From Ancylonema sp. (lineage: Eukaryota), in assembly GCA_050230475.1 (NCBI GenBank), contig JBFLGF010000043.1, positions 1-64,000 on the forward strand: DNA of 64,000 bases, given 5' to 3'. This document shows positions 24,919 through 36,238 of this stretch, piece by piece. The notes below the pieces were generated by a model. The model did no database searches. It was not told the DNA's origin and saw only the letters and a program-made list of their open reading frames with translations. Position 1 is the first letter of the stretch; every line of letters starts with the position of its first letter. A program made the translations under genes and the position numbers.

Positions 24919-27900
24919 TGTCTTCTCCCAATTTAGACGAAGTCATGGAAGTCTTACGCCAGATGCAACCACTCTCAAGATGAAAAGTCCAGAGTTTTGG
25001 CGGATGAAAACAAGGAGATTAAAGGCAAATTTACAGAGCCTTCGGAACAGTTTGCTTATGAAACTAACTACATGGCTTCTACAATCGAGCCAGCCGCTCC
25101 ACAATATCAGCCTATCTCTACTCTCCAAGACCTGGTTCCATCTGACCCTCCTAAGTTTGATGGTACCTCCAAGCATGTCACTACATTCCGTAACCAGGTC
25201 CGCTCTGCTCAGGCTGGCCCCTAAGGTTCAGCAACCCGGTTTAAACCGTTCACTACGTGGCCAATCTACTATGAGTGGTTCTCTAACTGGACCTGCCTAT
25301 GAGTGGTTCTCTAACTACCTCGACGACAATGGGGACCTCCCGGACGGGTTTGGGGCAGTTCGGCTGCTGAAAGATCTCCAGGACTGCATCGGGGAGGACG
25401 ACACTCGCCTCACCAAAGAACGACACCTGCGCGAGCTCAGGCAAACGGGTTCAGTGTTAGACTTCACCGTCCAGTTCAGGGCAATTGTCAAGACTTTCCC
25501 CCCTTGGCCTGACCACCCCAGCATCTACACCTTCGAGAGATACTCAAAGTACAGGACCCCCCTGAAACTTTCTCTGACTACGTTACCTTTGTCAAGAAGG
25601 TGGAGAACAGCATGGCTGCCAGCAGGCTGGACCGACCCTCCAAACCTGCATACATCCCCCCCCAGGCCAGAGCTGCTGATCAGTCTCCCCAACAGGTCCC
25701 CTCTCTCCTGCAAATCGTCCCCATGGACATCGATGGAACCCGCCGCCAGGTCCTGAAGGTGGAACCAACTGAGATGGCTCGCCGCGTGGCTGGTCACTTG
25801 TGCCACTACTGGCCTGCCAGGTCATGACACTAGGACTTGTCCCAACAAGGGCAAGCCCCGCACCGTGCCCTTCTTGGATCTGCAGCCAAAAAACGACCAC
25901 CCCACACAATCCTAGGAGGGGTCTATGCGGGTCCCCTTTCCCTACCCTCCCCCTTTCCCCACCCCCGCCAACTCCTGCTGGCCTGCCAGTTACTACGGTA
26001 CCCACTCCCACCCATACCTGTCAGGGTGTTGATCGACTCCGGGGCATCCGGCAACTTCATCGATCCCCAGATCCTGGCAGACTACAACCCTCCCTACCCA
26101 CCCCCATACCCAGCCTATCCCGGTCGAGCTCATTGATGGCAGCCCTCCAGCTGCTGGCCCCATCACCTCCTACTTCTCAGCCCAACTCAGATCCCCAGGC
26201 AACCACACAGAATCCATTAGTCACCCGACTGGCGCACTGCCGAGTCACGTGGGCGTCTTGGGCTTCCCTTGGCTGCACAAGCACAACCCCACCATCAACT
26301 GGCAGACGGGCACCCTGTCCCTCACCAGCCCCCAGTGTGCTGCTGAGTGCCTGCTCTCCAGTTCTATCCCCCCACCCCTTCCCCCTCCCGATCCCCAGCC
26401 CCCACTTGCAGTGTTGGACGCTGTGCAAACTTCTCCAGACCCCGCCCTGTTAGTTGCGCTACCTCCGGAGTACCACGACTTCGCAGACGTGTTCTCTGAG
26501 CAAGCTGCAAACACCCTTCCCCCCCACCCGTCATACGACTTGGCAATCCCCCTCCTGCCTGGCAAGGAACCCCCCTGGGGGCCGATCTACTCTTTGTCTG
26601 AGCTTGAGCTGGCTACGCTCAAAACGTATATCAAAGACAACCTGGCGAACGGCTTCATCAGGCCGTCCACCTGTCCGGGCGGGGCTCCTATTATGTTCAT
26701 TAAGAAGCCAAATGGCAAGCTCCGGTTATGTGTAGACTACCGGCAGCTCAATGCGGTGACAATCAATAACCGTTGCCCTCTACCCCTCATACCTGAGCTG
26801 CTGGATCGCCTGCATCGCGCAAAGATCTTCACTAAAATTGACCTGCGAAATGCCTATCACCAGCTGCGGGTCAAGGAGGGGGAATACAAGACCGCGGCGT
26901 TCCGCTGTCGTTACGGGCATTTCGAGTATCAAGTCTGCCCGTTCGGGCCGACCAATGCCCCAACAGCCTTTCAATCCTTTATCACGGACGTGTTTAGGGA
27001 GTATCTGGACGTCTTCCTAGCAGGCATGCTCGACGACATGATCATCCACTCGGAAACCCCTGAGGAGCACGTCTCCCACGTCTGAGCAGTCCTGGCAGTC
27101 CTACGGAAGCACACGCTGTATGCGAAGATGGAGAAATGCTAGTTCCATGTGGACACGATCAGCTTCCTAGGCTACCGGATCTCTCCTGCAGGCGTGCAAA
27201 TGGACCCCGCAAAGCATCTCTCCTTGACTGGCCACTTCCCCAGTCAGTCAAGGAAATGCAGTTCTTCTTGGGCTTTGCTAACTTCTACCGCAAGTTCATA
27301 GCTACTCTACGGTGGCCTGCCCCCTTACCTCCCTGACCCGCAAGGGGGCCAAGTTTGAGTGGATGAAGCGGAGACAACCTTCCACGCACTCAAGGCGGCA
27401 TTCACCACCGCGCCTGTCCTGCGACACTTTCAGCCATCCCTCCCCCTTACCATTGAAGCAAATGCTTCTGACTTCGGTCTGGGCTGTGTCCTCTCCAAGA
27501 CGGACGAGGCACGCGAGCTCCACCCCCTCGCCTACTACTCGCGGAAGTTTTGCGCTGCGGAATTGAACTATCCTATATATGACAAGGAGTTGTTGGCGAT
27601 AGTGGCTGCCTTCCGCCAGTTGCGGGTCTACCTCGAAGGTGCAGCGCATCCTATCGTGGTCTACACGGATCACAAAAACCTCGAGTACTTCCAGCTGCGA
27701 GGACGACCTCTAGGAGGCATGCACGGTGGGCCGAGACGCATGGCGGCCTACGATTTCTCTATCATCTACCGGACGGGGTCCAGCAATGGCAAGCCGGACG
27801 CCCTCTCCCGCAGACTTGACTGCTTGCCGCCAGCCCAGCTCCCCCACCCTATCCTTCCCGATGCAGCTATTTTGCCTATTCCCCCTCTACGCGCTGCAGC

Positions 27901-29440
27901 TATCCTCTTGTCCCCGTCTGACCCACTCCTACCTACCATCAAGGAGGCTCAGTTGGCGGACCCAGCTCTTCAAGCTATTGCTACGGACCTGCTAAACAGA
28001 CCTGCTCAGGAATCAAACCTGAGACCACCCTCAGGCAGGTCATCATCCCTCTACACACTCCGAGAGGGCCTACTTTACCGCAGCGGGCGCCGGGCGATTC
28101 CCCCTACTGCTGCTCTCCTCATACTCGAAATTCTAAAGCAGTATCACGATGCGCCTATGGCAAGCCACTTCGGGACGGCACGGACGCACGCGCTGCTGGC
28201 TTAGTATTTTTACTGGTCGGGACTGTCTAAGGCGGTGGAAGACTACGTGCGCACATGCGACGTCTGCGCCCGGAACAAGCCGGTGCGCCACGCGCCATAT
28301 GGCCTCCTATCCCCCCTACCTATCCCTGAGCAGCCCTGATCTAGCGTGTCCCTCGACTGGATTACCGACCTCCCTCCTAGCGACTACCACGATGCTATAC
28401 TGATGGTGGTGGACCGGCTCACCAAACAGGCGCACTTCATTCCAACCACCAAATCCATGGCGGCACCTGAGGTCGCTGCATTGTTTCTCCAACAAGTGGT
28501 GCGCCGGCACGGGTTGCCGTCTAGCCTCATCAGCGACCGCGATCCCATCTTCACCAGCCATTTTTGGCGTCGGCTGCTGGAGCTGTTGGGCATCCATGCC
28601 AACCGCTCCACTTGCTTTCCACCCGCAGACGGATGTCCAGACGGAGCGCCTCAACTCAGTCCTGGAGCAGTACCTGCGTATTTACATCGACTAACAACAG
28701 TCTGATTGGGCGAGACTTTTTCCGATGGCGGAGTTTGCTTATAACAACTCCAAGCATTCCGCCACCACCCTCTCCCCGTTCTTCACCAACTACGGGTTCC
28801 ACCCGCGAATGTCGCTGCTTCCCCCCACCCCCGATTCCCCAACCCTTGCGGCTGACGATTTCGTCAAAAATATCCACGACGCTAACGATGTCATCCACGC
28901 GGCGCTCCACCAATCTCAGCGCGCCATGGAGACGTCTGCCAATCGCAAACGCAAATCTACCCTGATTCTCGTCCTAGGCCAGAAAATTTGGCTGTTACGA
29001 CGCCACGTCGGCTCCACCCGTCCTTCGTCAAAATTGGATGTCCGTCGTCTGGGCCCTTTCCCGGTGATTGGCCAGATCGGGACATCGGCTTACCGTTTGG
29101 AGCTGCCGTCCTCCGTCAAAATCCTTCCCGTCTTCCACGTCAGCCTCCTCGAGCCACACACTGCCAATACGTTTTCAGGCCGTGTCGTGGCGCCTCCTCC
29201 TCCGGTCGTGGTGGACGGCGAGCCTGAGCATGAGGTGGCCACGGTCCTCGATTCCAGATCGTGCGTGGCAAGATCTTTTACTACGTGGATTGGGTCGGGT
29301 TCGATGAATTTGAGCGCTCTTGGGAACCTGCGAACCTGCCGACAACATGGGCAATGCTGCTCACGCGGTCGCAGAGTTCCATGCCACATTTCCCGATCGG
29401 CCTTCACCGCCTCCTTCTTCGCGTTCCGCGCCTTGAGGGG
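24919..29440 (+). pseudogene. Chromovirus gag-pol (gag, PR, RT, RH, IN, chromodomain) with multiple stops and frameshifts
   Basis: PPKFDG, ELRQTGSV, LIDSGASGNF, LGFPWLHKHNP, LRLCVDYR, MLDD, NYPIYDKELLAIV, SLDWITDLP, SDRDPIFTS, VFHVSLLEP; chromodomain HEVATVLDSR/YYVDWVGF..SWEP. Confidence 0.93.
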
Positions 29441-29447
29441 GGGGTAC

Positions 29448-29897
29448 TGTGAGGACCCTCGCTACAGTCACTGGGGCTCCCTAGCGAGGTCTCCACACTT
29501 AGCGCTAGAGCGCCACTAGCTCAGTTTTCCCTATAGCGAGTTCTGTCATATAGTGGGAGTTGTGTCCCTAGCGGCCGCGGGAGTATTCTGATGTGTCCTT
29601 AGCTAAGGCACCTTAGCTCAGGAAGTTGGTTATCCAGACTTGATGTGTCCATACCGTATTCAGAGTGAGTTATCCCACTTGTAGTCTTGATTCAGACTTG
29701 AGCCAGTTTACTATATCTAGTCCATAGGAAGGCCCTTAGAGCATTCCTATCAACTCATGTACTTGCACTCCGATTTATACCACCCCCATTTCACTCGGCT
29801 CACGCCATCTTGCCCTATCCGGCGTTTCGCCATCCTTTTGCTTATGTGCACATTGCGACTAGCTTGCTAGGGACGTCTTTTGCATCCGTCCCTAACA
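29448..29897 (+). repeat. 3' LTR of the chromovirus (450 bp)
   Basis: tgtgaggaccctc...cgtccctaaca, preceded by the PPT and followed by the TSD. Confidence 0.95.
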
Positions 29898-31554
29898 CCA
29901 GACCACTCTCACTACTTCCACCACTTGCGCTATTGCCAGTGCTGGGTTGTCAGGGTCATGCGGGTCAATGGACCGGCGGTAGTCATCCATAACCAATCTT
30001 GCCTGCCCCTCTACGTGGCCAGACATCCGCTTGAGGAACTCAAACTGACCATATTTCCCACTAAGGAATTTCTGAAGATTCCGCTTCTCTGCCTCCCACA
30101 TATCTTTCATATTCTGGATAAATTGTCGCTGCGCCACCTCTCCTCCTCTTGAATACTTGGGCACAGCCAAAGTACTTTCCATCTCTGCCTCCTCCTCTAA
30201 CCCCGCGAAATGCACCAACGAATAAGCTGCACCCACAGGTACCGGCGGTACAAAAACCGGTGGTTGATATACGACAAGCTGAAAATTCTGCACTTCGGCC
30301 TCTCCCTCTGAGTTTGCCGAACCTTGAGGGTCAACTGGTCCTGCACTAGAATCAGATATATTGCTTGACGATTCACTACCACCCCCGCCTCCCCCACTAT
30401 CCACTCTCCGCACCAAACGTCTCTTCTCGTCGCGGGACCAGGCAGACATGGACTGCCTGACTCAGAATGAATCTAAAAACTACCACCTTGGGTCGTTCAA
30501 ATTCAACTACGCGCTGGAAATCTCACGAGTATCAGGTGTCAATAATTTTACAAGCGTAGCATTACGCCAGAGTAAACGTACTGGGCAAGATATATAACGC
30601 TGTCTCTGGACGCGTCGAACGCACTATCGTACGCAGCAAATGATCACCGCTACAATATTCAGCATCCGCTCAATGATATCAGCCTTTAACATCGCCGTAG
30701 TCAAAGCTCAACGTACTCACAAAACGACACGTCACCGCTCTTGCCAAAGATTAGTTGGTATGCACTCTGGCGTAATGCAGCCAGAGTGCTCATGCATCAG
30801 GATACATAGTCCGAAAGTCCAACAAGACACTTCCGGCTCACTTGTACTTTCCGTACGCTAGACTATAATCTACGCCGTACGCATGCGTCCGATCGGATGC
30901 ATCTAGTCCAAGCATATCCTACCCAACGTCGCAATCACTAACGATCACAATCGACCAATCACATTCATGCCAGCATGGCACTATATGACCCCACAACCCG
31001 GGAGCCGGACCCGACCACGTTTCTCTGGAACGTCCCGTGGCCTGACATCCGCTATACTGAACCGCAACCAAAAGTCAAACGGGTAGTAACTATCCCTCGG
31101 TACACCAATCGAAGATCGATCGCTCTATCGAACAATTAATATTCCGACGGGCCCCTGCGGGCTCCCGCCCGCTGCCGCTCTATCGCGAACAAATAAATAA
31201 CCCAGCCCCCAGCCGCCTACCGCCCTACCGCAGACCCGCATGCTAGCGGCGTCAACCGTACCCGGGTCAATACCCGGCCGGGACCGTACGGCACACTACG
31301 TGCCGCACGTGCAACTGGAGTAGGTATGGCAAGGAATTATTTCTTCAAAATGAGAAGGCAGTTTTGTTTTTTTTTTTTTTAAAGGCCAAAGGGCTCACTT
31401 GGTGTTTGAAATAGCTTCGGTCGTCTTTTCTTTTGATGTTGAACACCAAGCCAGTAAACAAGTTGTTTACTTCTTTCTTCTATTGGTTCTTGTTGTTTTT
31501 ATTCTTCCCAAAAAAGAAGAAGAACTCAACCTTTTTTGAATTTTTGGCCTTTCA

Positions 31555-31755
31555 ATTAGATACCTTTCAATTAGTATGGTTTTCATCAAAAGTAATTCTT
31601 TTTTTGTTTGCATATGTTTGGGTGCGAGCAGCTTTTCCAAGATATCGTTATGATCAGCTTATGTCTATTGGATGGAAGGCTCTTTTACCTTCATCATTGG
31701 CTTGGGTCGTTTTTGTTTGAGGAGTGCTCGTTGCTTTTGATTGGTTACCTAAAAA
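31555..31755 (+). pseudogene. nad1: Nuclear copy (NUMT) of the mitochondrial nad1 3' end
   Basis: [60 protein letters not shown]-rich; in-frame TGA at 31718-20. Confidence 0.88.
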
Positions 31756-32705
31756 AAAACTATACAGAACAACTTTTTTTTGGGCCCTAAGGGCTCTTGG
31801 TGGGCTCGTGAATCACGAGCCCACAGAGCCAATCATGCCTTATGACTCCGGAGCCCGTTGACTCCAAAAATCGTGGGCCTGTCGGGAGCCCGAGCCCGTC
31901 CGCGGAGGCTCAAGAGCTCAGAGCCCGTGGGGTCCGGACGCGCGAGGCCAACGCCGGTGTGGTATAAACGCCCGCAACAAAGAGCGAGACATGGAACCCG
32001 CCACTATGCAGGTCGAGCCTACAGCAGATCTGCGCCACTCACCTTCGCCGCCCGCTCCTGCTTGTGTGACTGGCTGTGAAGAAGTGTTTTCCACCAGGAG
32101 CGCGGGACGGAGCAAGTGCCTCGAGTCTCTGGCAATTCAGTAGAGCGGCTCCTTGAGGTTGCGCGCTAGACACGGCAGGATACATGCAGATAAAAAATTG
32201 AGGCATAGAGGTGTTGTCCAGACGGCAATAATATGGCACTTTGTGCGCAATGTCCATCGCTGGGCCTTCTGAATACGCATCCTGCATGTCGTATGCGGAT
32301 CAGGAGCAAGCAAGGAAGTAAAATATTATGCCAACAATCCAAGATTTTTCCGAACCTCTCACAACTCTCACTCTCACAGGTATTGAAATGCACAGGAAAT
32401 ACTTATAATTGCTTTAGCTGTCCATTTTAGCTGCCTTCGCTATCTTCTGATTCAGGGGCATTCCACAAAGAAATATGGCCTCTTTCTACAATCCTGATTG
32501 ACATCTTGTTTTCCGAACTGCGGTTACATTCGGTTTCCACAGAGAGTACCAGCTGATTCGTGTTTGTGAAGTGTTCTCCTTGCCTTTAATTCGTTATTGT
32601 GCGTTGTCATGGGATGTGTTGCCACATTTGCCGCATTTTGACCGTACCTAGTAGGTAGTACCCTCTGGGAATGTCAGACTCGTTTCGCTGAAGAGATTTC
32701 GTCAG

Positions 32706-33738
32706 TTGTCTCCCTTGCAGCACATAAGGAAAGGGTTCGAGGATCTTACACACAGTGGCAACACAGGGTCGGGGTTGCTTAAAGAGTTATCTCGTAAAGC
32801 ACTCACAAGAGGCCGACTTTCACCGTGCGGAGATACTGTTCAGAGAGTCGGCGTCGTCTGCAATTCGTCATCTTCACAGTCTGTGTCGAGTGAACCCGAT
32901 ATTGCACCTAAGGAGTTGTTGTCACGATTTCCTTGGAAGGAGCTCGCTAGTAAAGTCACAGAGAAGGTGGAGTCGCTTCTAGGGAGTGGGATCAAGTGGG
33001 TCGCCATCCCCTTCTTCGCCATTGTTCTGTTTGCGGAATTTACCTACGCCTGGAGAGAAGGAAAAGCCCTACTATTTGTCATCGGGATAGTAACTGGGAG
33101 CTCCCTGTCGACTTTGCTCAGTGAGATTTACGAGGAGTTTGCCACCAAAGCTCAGGTAAAAGTCTTGGACCTCATCTTGTGCTGCGCTAGACACTACAAA
33201 TCTACTAATGATACACGTGTGAGCTATACACGAAAGTTGTATTCGACGCATGTGGCAAGTGGTGCTGCGCTAGACGCATACCGCAGTCCAATCTGAAGGG
33301 CATGGCTGCGCGCGTGTCTGCTTCATACCTTTCACATACCTCGCCCATTTTTTCACTTCTGTGATCCTCACCATCAGCATTCGCCTCACCTGTTATTTCT
33401 TTAGTGGCCGTCCACAACAACACCCGTCAAAGTGAGAGCATGACCAGTTCGTGGCGTATTGTCTCATAAAGGGATGTGTTGCCATTTCGGGTGTGCTTGA
33501 TTCTTGGATCTTGGGTGTAACTTACGCACATCTAGCGTTCCGTTCATATCCGCAGGTTGGTGGATTTCCTCTGCATGTTGCTGCCATATTTCTTCTGTTT
33601 GCAGCCTTGAAAGCCCCCGGCTCAGCATATCCAACAGCTTGGCTGCGAGTATTGTGTCCCGCTATTGGGACCGGTGGGCTGTGGAAAGCTGCCCTGATGC
33701 TATTGGAAAGCAGGAGGACAACTTCAATTGCAAAGTAG
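32706..33738 (+). CDS. Uncharacterised plant-type multi-pass membrane protein (possibly plastid-targeted); start not located
   Basis: Exons ~32706-33155 and 33556-33738 join in frame across a GT-AG intron; Ser/Arg-rich N-terminal part followed by several hydrophobic segments. Confidence 0.55.
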
Positions 33739-33983
33739 AAACTCGCCCCATGCCTCCATGTACCATATCGAGCAGCATCAAGTCAATGTAGATCATATGA
33801 TACAAGTGCAAACTAAGGTGACATTTGCTAAGAACTTGTGAACCTCCACATAAATTGATGGCTTCCAGTTCTGATACAATACCTAAATATAATAATATAT
33901 CTTTCTCTTAACACCTAGTTTTCCTCAAGAAGTTGAGGAAGGCAAGGGAGCTCAACAGTATGCCCCAAATGCAATGCTGGCTA

Positions 33984-36238
33984 TTATGAAGTTATTTTTG
34001 GAAAGGTAGACAAATTTAGTGGCTCCATATTGGAAAAACCTTCAATAAGTTCAAGCGTCACCTACAAACACAAGAAGACATACATGTCAGACTCAGTGCC
34101 CAAGCTTGTACAAGCACAACATTAAAAACTATGAAGCATGGTTGCACAAAAAACCACTGATGTAAGTTGACATCCTTGAAGAGAATACGAACCCTCAACC
34201 CCAATATAGAGCGGCGGTGCACTGCTCATCATAACAACATATGTGGAACCGACACACCCTCCTGAACAAATGTTTGCTTCAAACTTGTGCTCTTCATTAG
34301 TATTCGTTGGCTCCCCCCGCAATGAGCACGCTCATGCAGAGCGTCCCTTATATATTTAGTATATTTTCTTTTAGGCCCACATTGTGTGGTAGGAAAACCC
34401 ACCTCTTGAAACGCCTCGCTTCTAGAAACTTCTCTGAATCCCTGCGTTGCATAAAACCACACTACCACAGGTCAATTATGGGTATCAATCCATCAGACAT
34501 ATCCTAGAAGGTTGGATACTGCATACATATTTCCTTGACAACATCCAGCACACCTCTGGTAATCCACAAAAGGGGGCAGCACGTACCACTTTTCGAAATA
34601 ATGTGATGGATGGCTGGTTAGTAAATCCAATCTTGGCGGTTATCTTGGTAGTAGACAAGTGTGTCAAAGCGTAGGCTATCATGAACCTCAGGGCTTCCGA
34701 ACCAAGGCCTTTTCTTCTGCTGCACAAACACACTGAAGTATGACTTAAACTCAGGGGCCAGTTATTACTTTGCGGATCTTGTACACAATTTGCATCACTA
34801 GCCTTCATACCTGTAGGGGATGCATCACGGCCTGTCAGCTGCATTTCGGATATTGAAATGTTCTTTATTCTATACGTACACGAAAGACTGCCAACAACTC
34901 CTTGACTACTATCAAACGAAGGAATGGCTGATACTGAACGTGGCAGACTCTGACTAGCATACCCCGTTGACGTAAATGTGTTTTAAGTCGTGACTCCTAC
35001 AGGACAAGGCAGCGACAGGTTAACTGCCGCCTCTCAGGACCACCCCAAGCGCACCACCAGTCTTACGCTGCTGGTTCGGCAATCATGATCTCAATCTCCG
35101 CTACGCTCGCATCCTCTCTATCATTGAAGAAGAGGTTCACATCCCCTACCATGGCTGCAGGCAGGCAAGGATCCCCCGGCATCGGAAGGCAGCCACACCA
35201 AACTGCTTCGCAGACGTTATTTATATTCCTTGTTCTATATGCAGAATTTCTTCCTCCTATAACCCAAATGCCAAATCAGCAAACCTGATACTTCAAACGA
35301 CGAGCAGCATATTTTGGACTCCCAACACCACACATTTACACCATACATCTGTCCACAATGATGCTAAAGTCTGCGAGCACAGCACACAGCACGGTGATGT
35401 GCACAACACATGAGTGGTGTCTATCTATATGCTATAGTCAACGTCATGGGAATGGGGGCTCCAGACCTGGCACTTGGGCTGGATTCTCCGTATCCTTCAT
35501 CAAATCCTTGTCCAACACGATGAAGGTACATTCTGCACACGTAGGGGCACATGGCTCAGCACTTGCAAAAACGAGACGTATCACTGAGAGCTGAACCGGC
35601 AGCCAGCCATGAGTCTGGCATACAGTGTGAAGGGGTCCAAAATCTCACTCGTTTGGTCTTGTTCCCACGTCTGCTGCATGGCGTATTCCTCCGCCTCACT
35701 CAGGGGTTCTGAGGCCGTCATCTCTTGAAGAAATATATCCTTCATCTCGGAACCACAGCAGCACACTCATAAGCACCCAAGCATTAATATACGAAATGCT
35801 CATTTCCGGATGGACTCGCTCGTGTGCTTGACTTGACGTAAGTCAAAATGTCCATCTTGCGGCTTGTCAAGCTCGGCCTGAGAGACTTCAGCCTTCTGTA
35901 CACTTTCATTCGCCACTTGCAGGAACCCTGTGGTTCCCTGGTGCCTTTCAATTTGAACTTCAATCATATGGTTGGAAGAATTACGTGTTAACGTGTTCCC
36001 ATATGTGTCTGTCCTCAAATGCATTGCCTGCCTCTATTGGTTCCGAATGCAACAGAAAGAGATTTACGAAATGATGAAGTTTACTTTGCATTCCCACGTG
36101 CTTAGCAGATCATAAATCATCTGGGCACAGTCATTTGCTTCCTTCTGTGTAGTCCTTGAGCTGAATTCAGTAGCATCTTACCTGCATCCAGTGGTGGTAC
36201 CGTGGCACATGCTCGTTCAGATACGGCACCAATACCAC
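33984..36238 (-). CDS. NAT9: NAT9-like GNAT N-acetyltransferase; first exon/start not located
   Basis: Spliced exons encode VVLVPYLNEHVPRYHHWMQ, TASEPLSEAEEYAMQ, KCTFIVLD, MVGDVNLF..AEIEIMIAEP, RRKGLGSEAL..AKIG..NQPSITLFRK, FQE|VTLEL. Confidence 0.88.

Larger units (their letters stand above)
24364..29897 (+). mobile_element. Full-length, mutated Ty3/gypsy chromovirus
   Basis: TG...CA LTRs; perfect 5-bp TSD CCAGA (24359-63, 29898-902); PPT gagggggggg at 29435-44; gag knuckle, LIDSGA protease, RT, RNase H, integrase, chromodomain. Confidence 0.96.
23417..30449 (-). pseudogene. gag of the DNMT-gypsy element, split by the nested chromovirus (parts 30449-29898 and 24358-23417)
   Basis: Removing the insert and one TSD copy restores the frame ...VVRVVW|RVYYGQK...; CX2CX4HX4C knuckle at ~23680-23722. 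Confidence 0.85.
14560..31320 (-). mobile_element. Degenerate Ty3/gypsy retrotransposon (gag-PR-DNMT-RT-RH-IN-PHD), interrupted by a nested chromovirus; ends uncertain
   Basis: Collinear minus-strand motifs: zinc knuckle CFTCDWLGHKAANC, protease VILDSGA, C5-MTase motifs, RT YMDD, RNase H, integrase HHCC+DDE, PHD. Candidate PPT at 14872-14890. No matching LTR pair found. Confidence 0.85.

Noticed and set aside
27083..28695. Nonsense codons in the chromovirus as evidence of methylation-driven or RIP-like mutation
   Set aside because: Too few sites, mixed mutation types, ancestral codons unknown
31255..31292. cccgggtcaatacccgg hairpin resembling a tRNA T-arm or PBS
   Set aside because: No TTC loop, no CCA end and no cloverleaf
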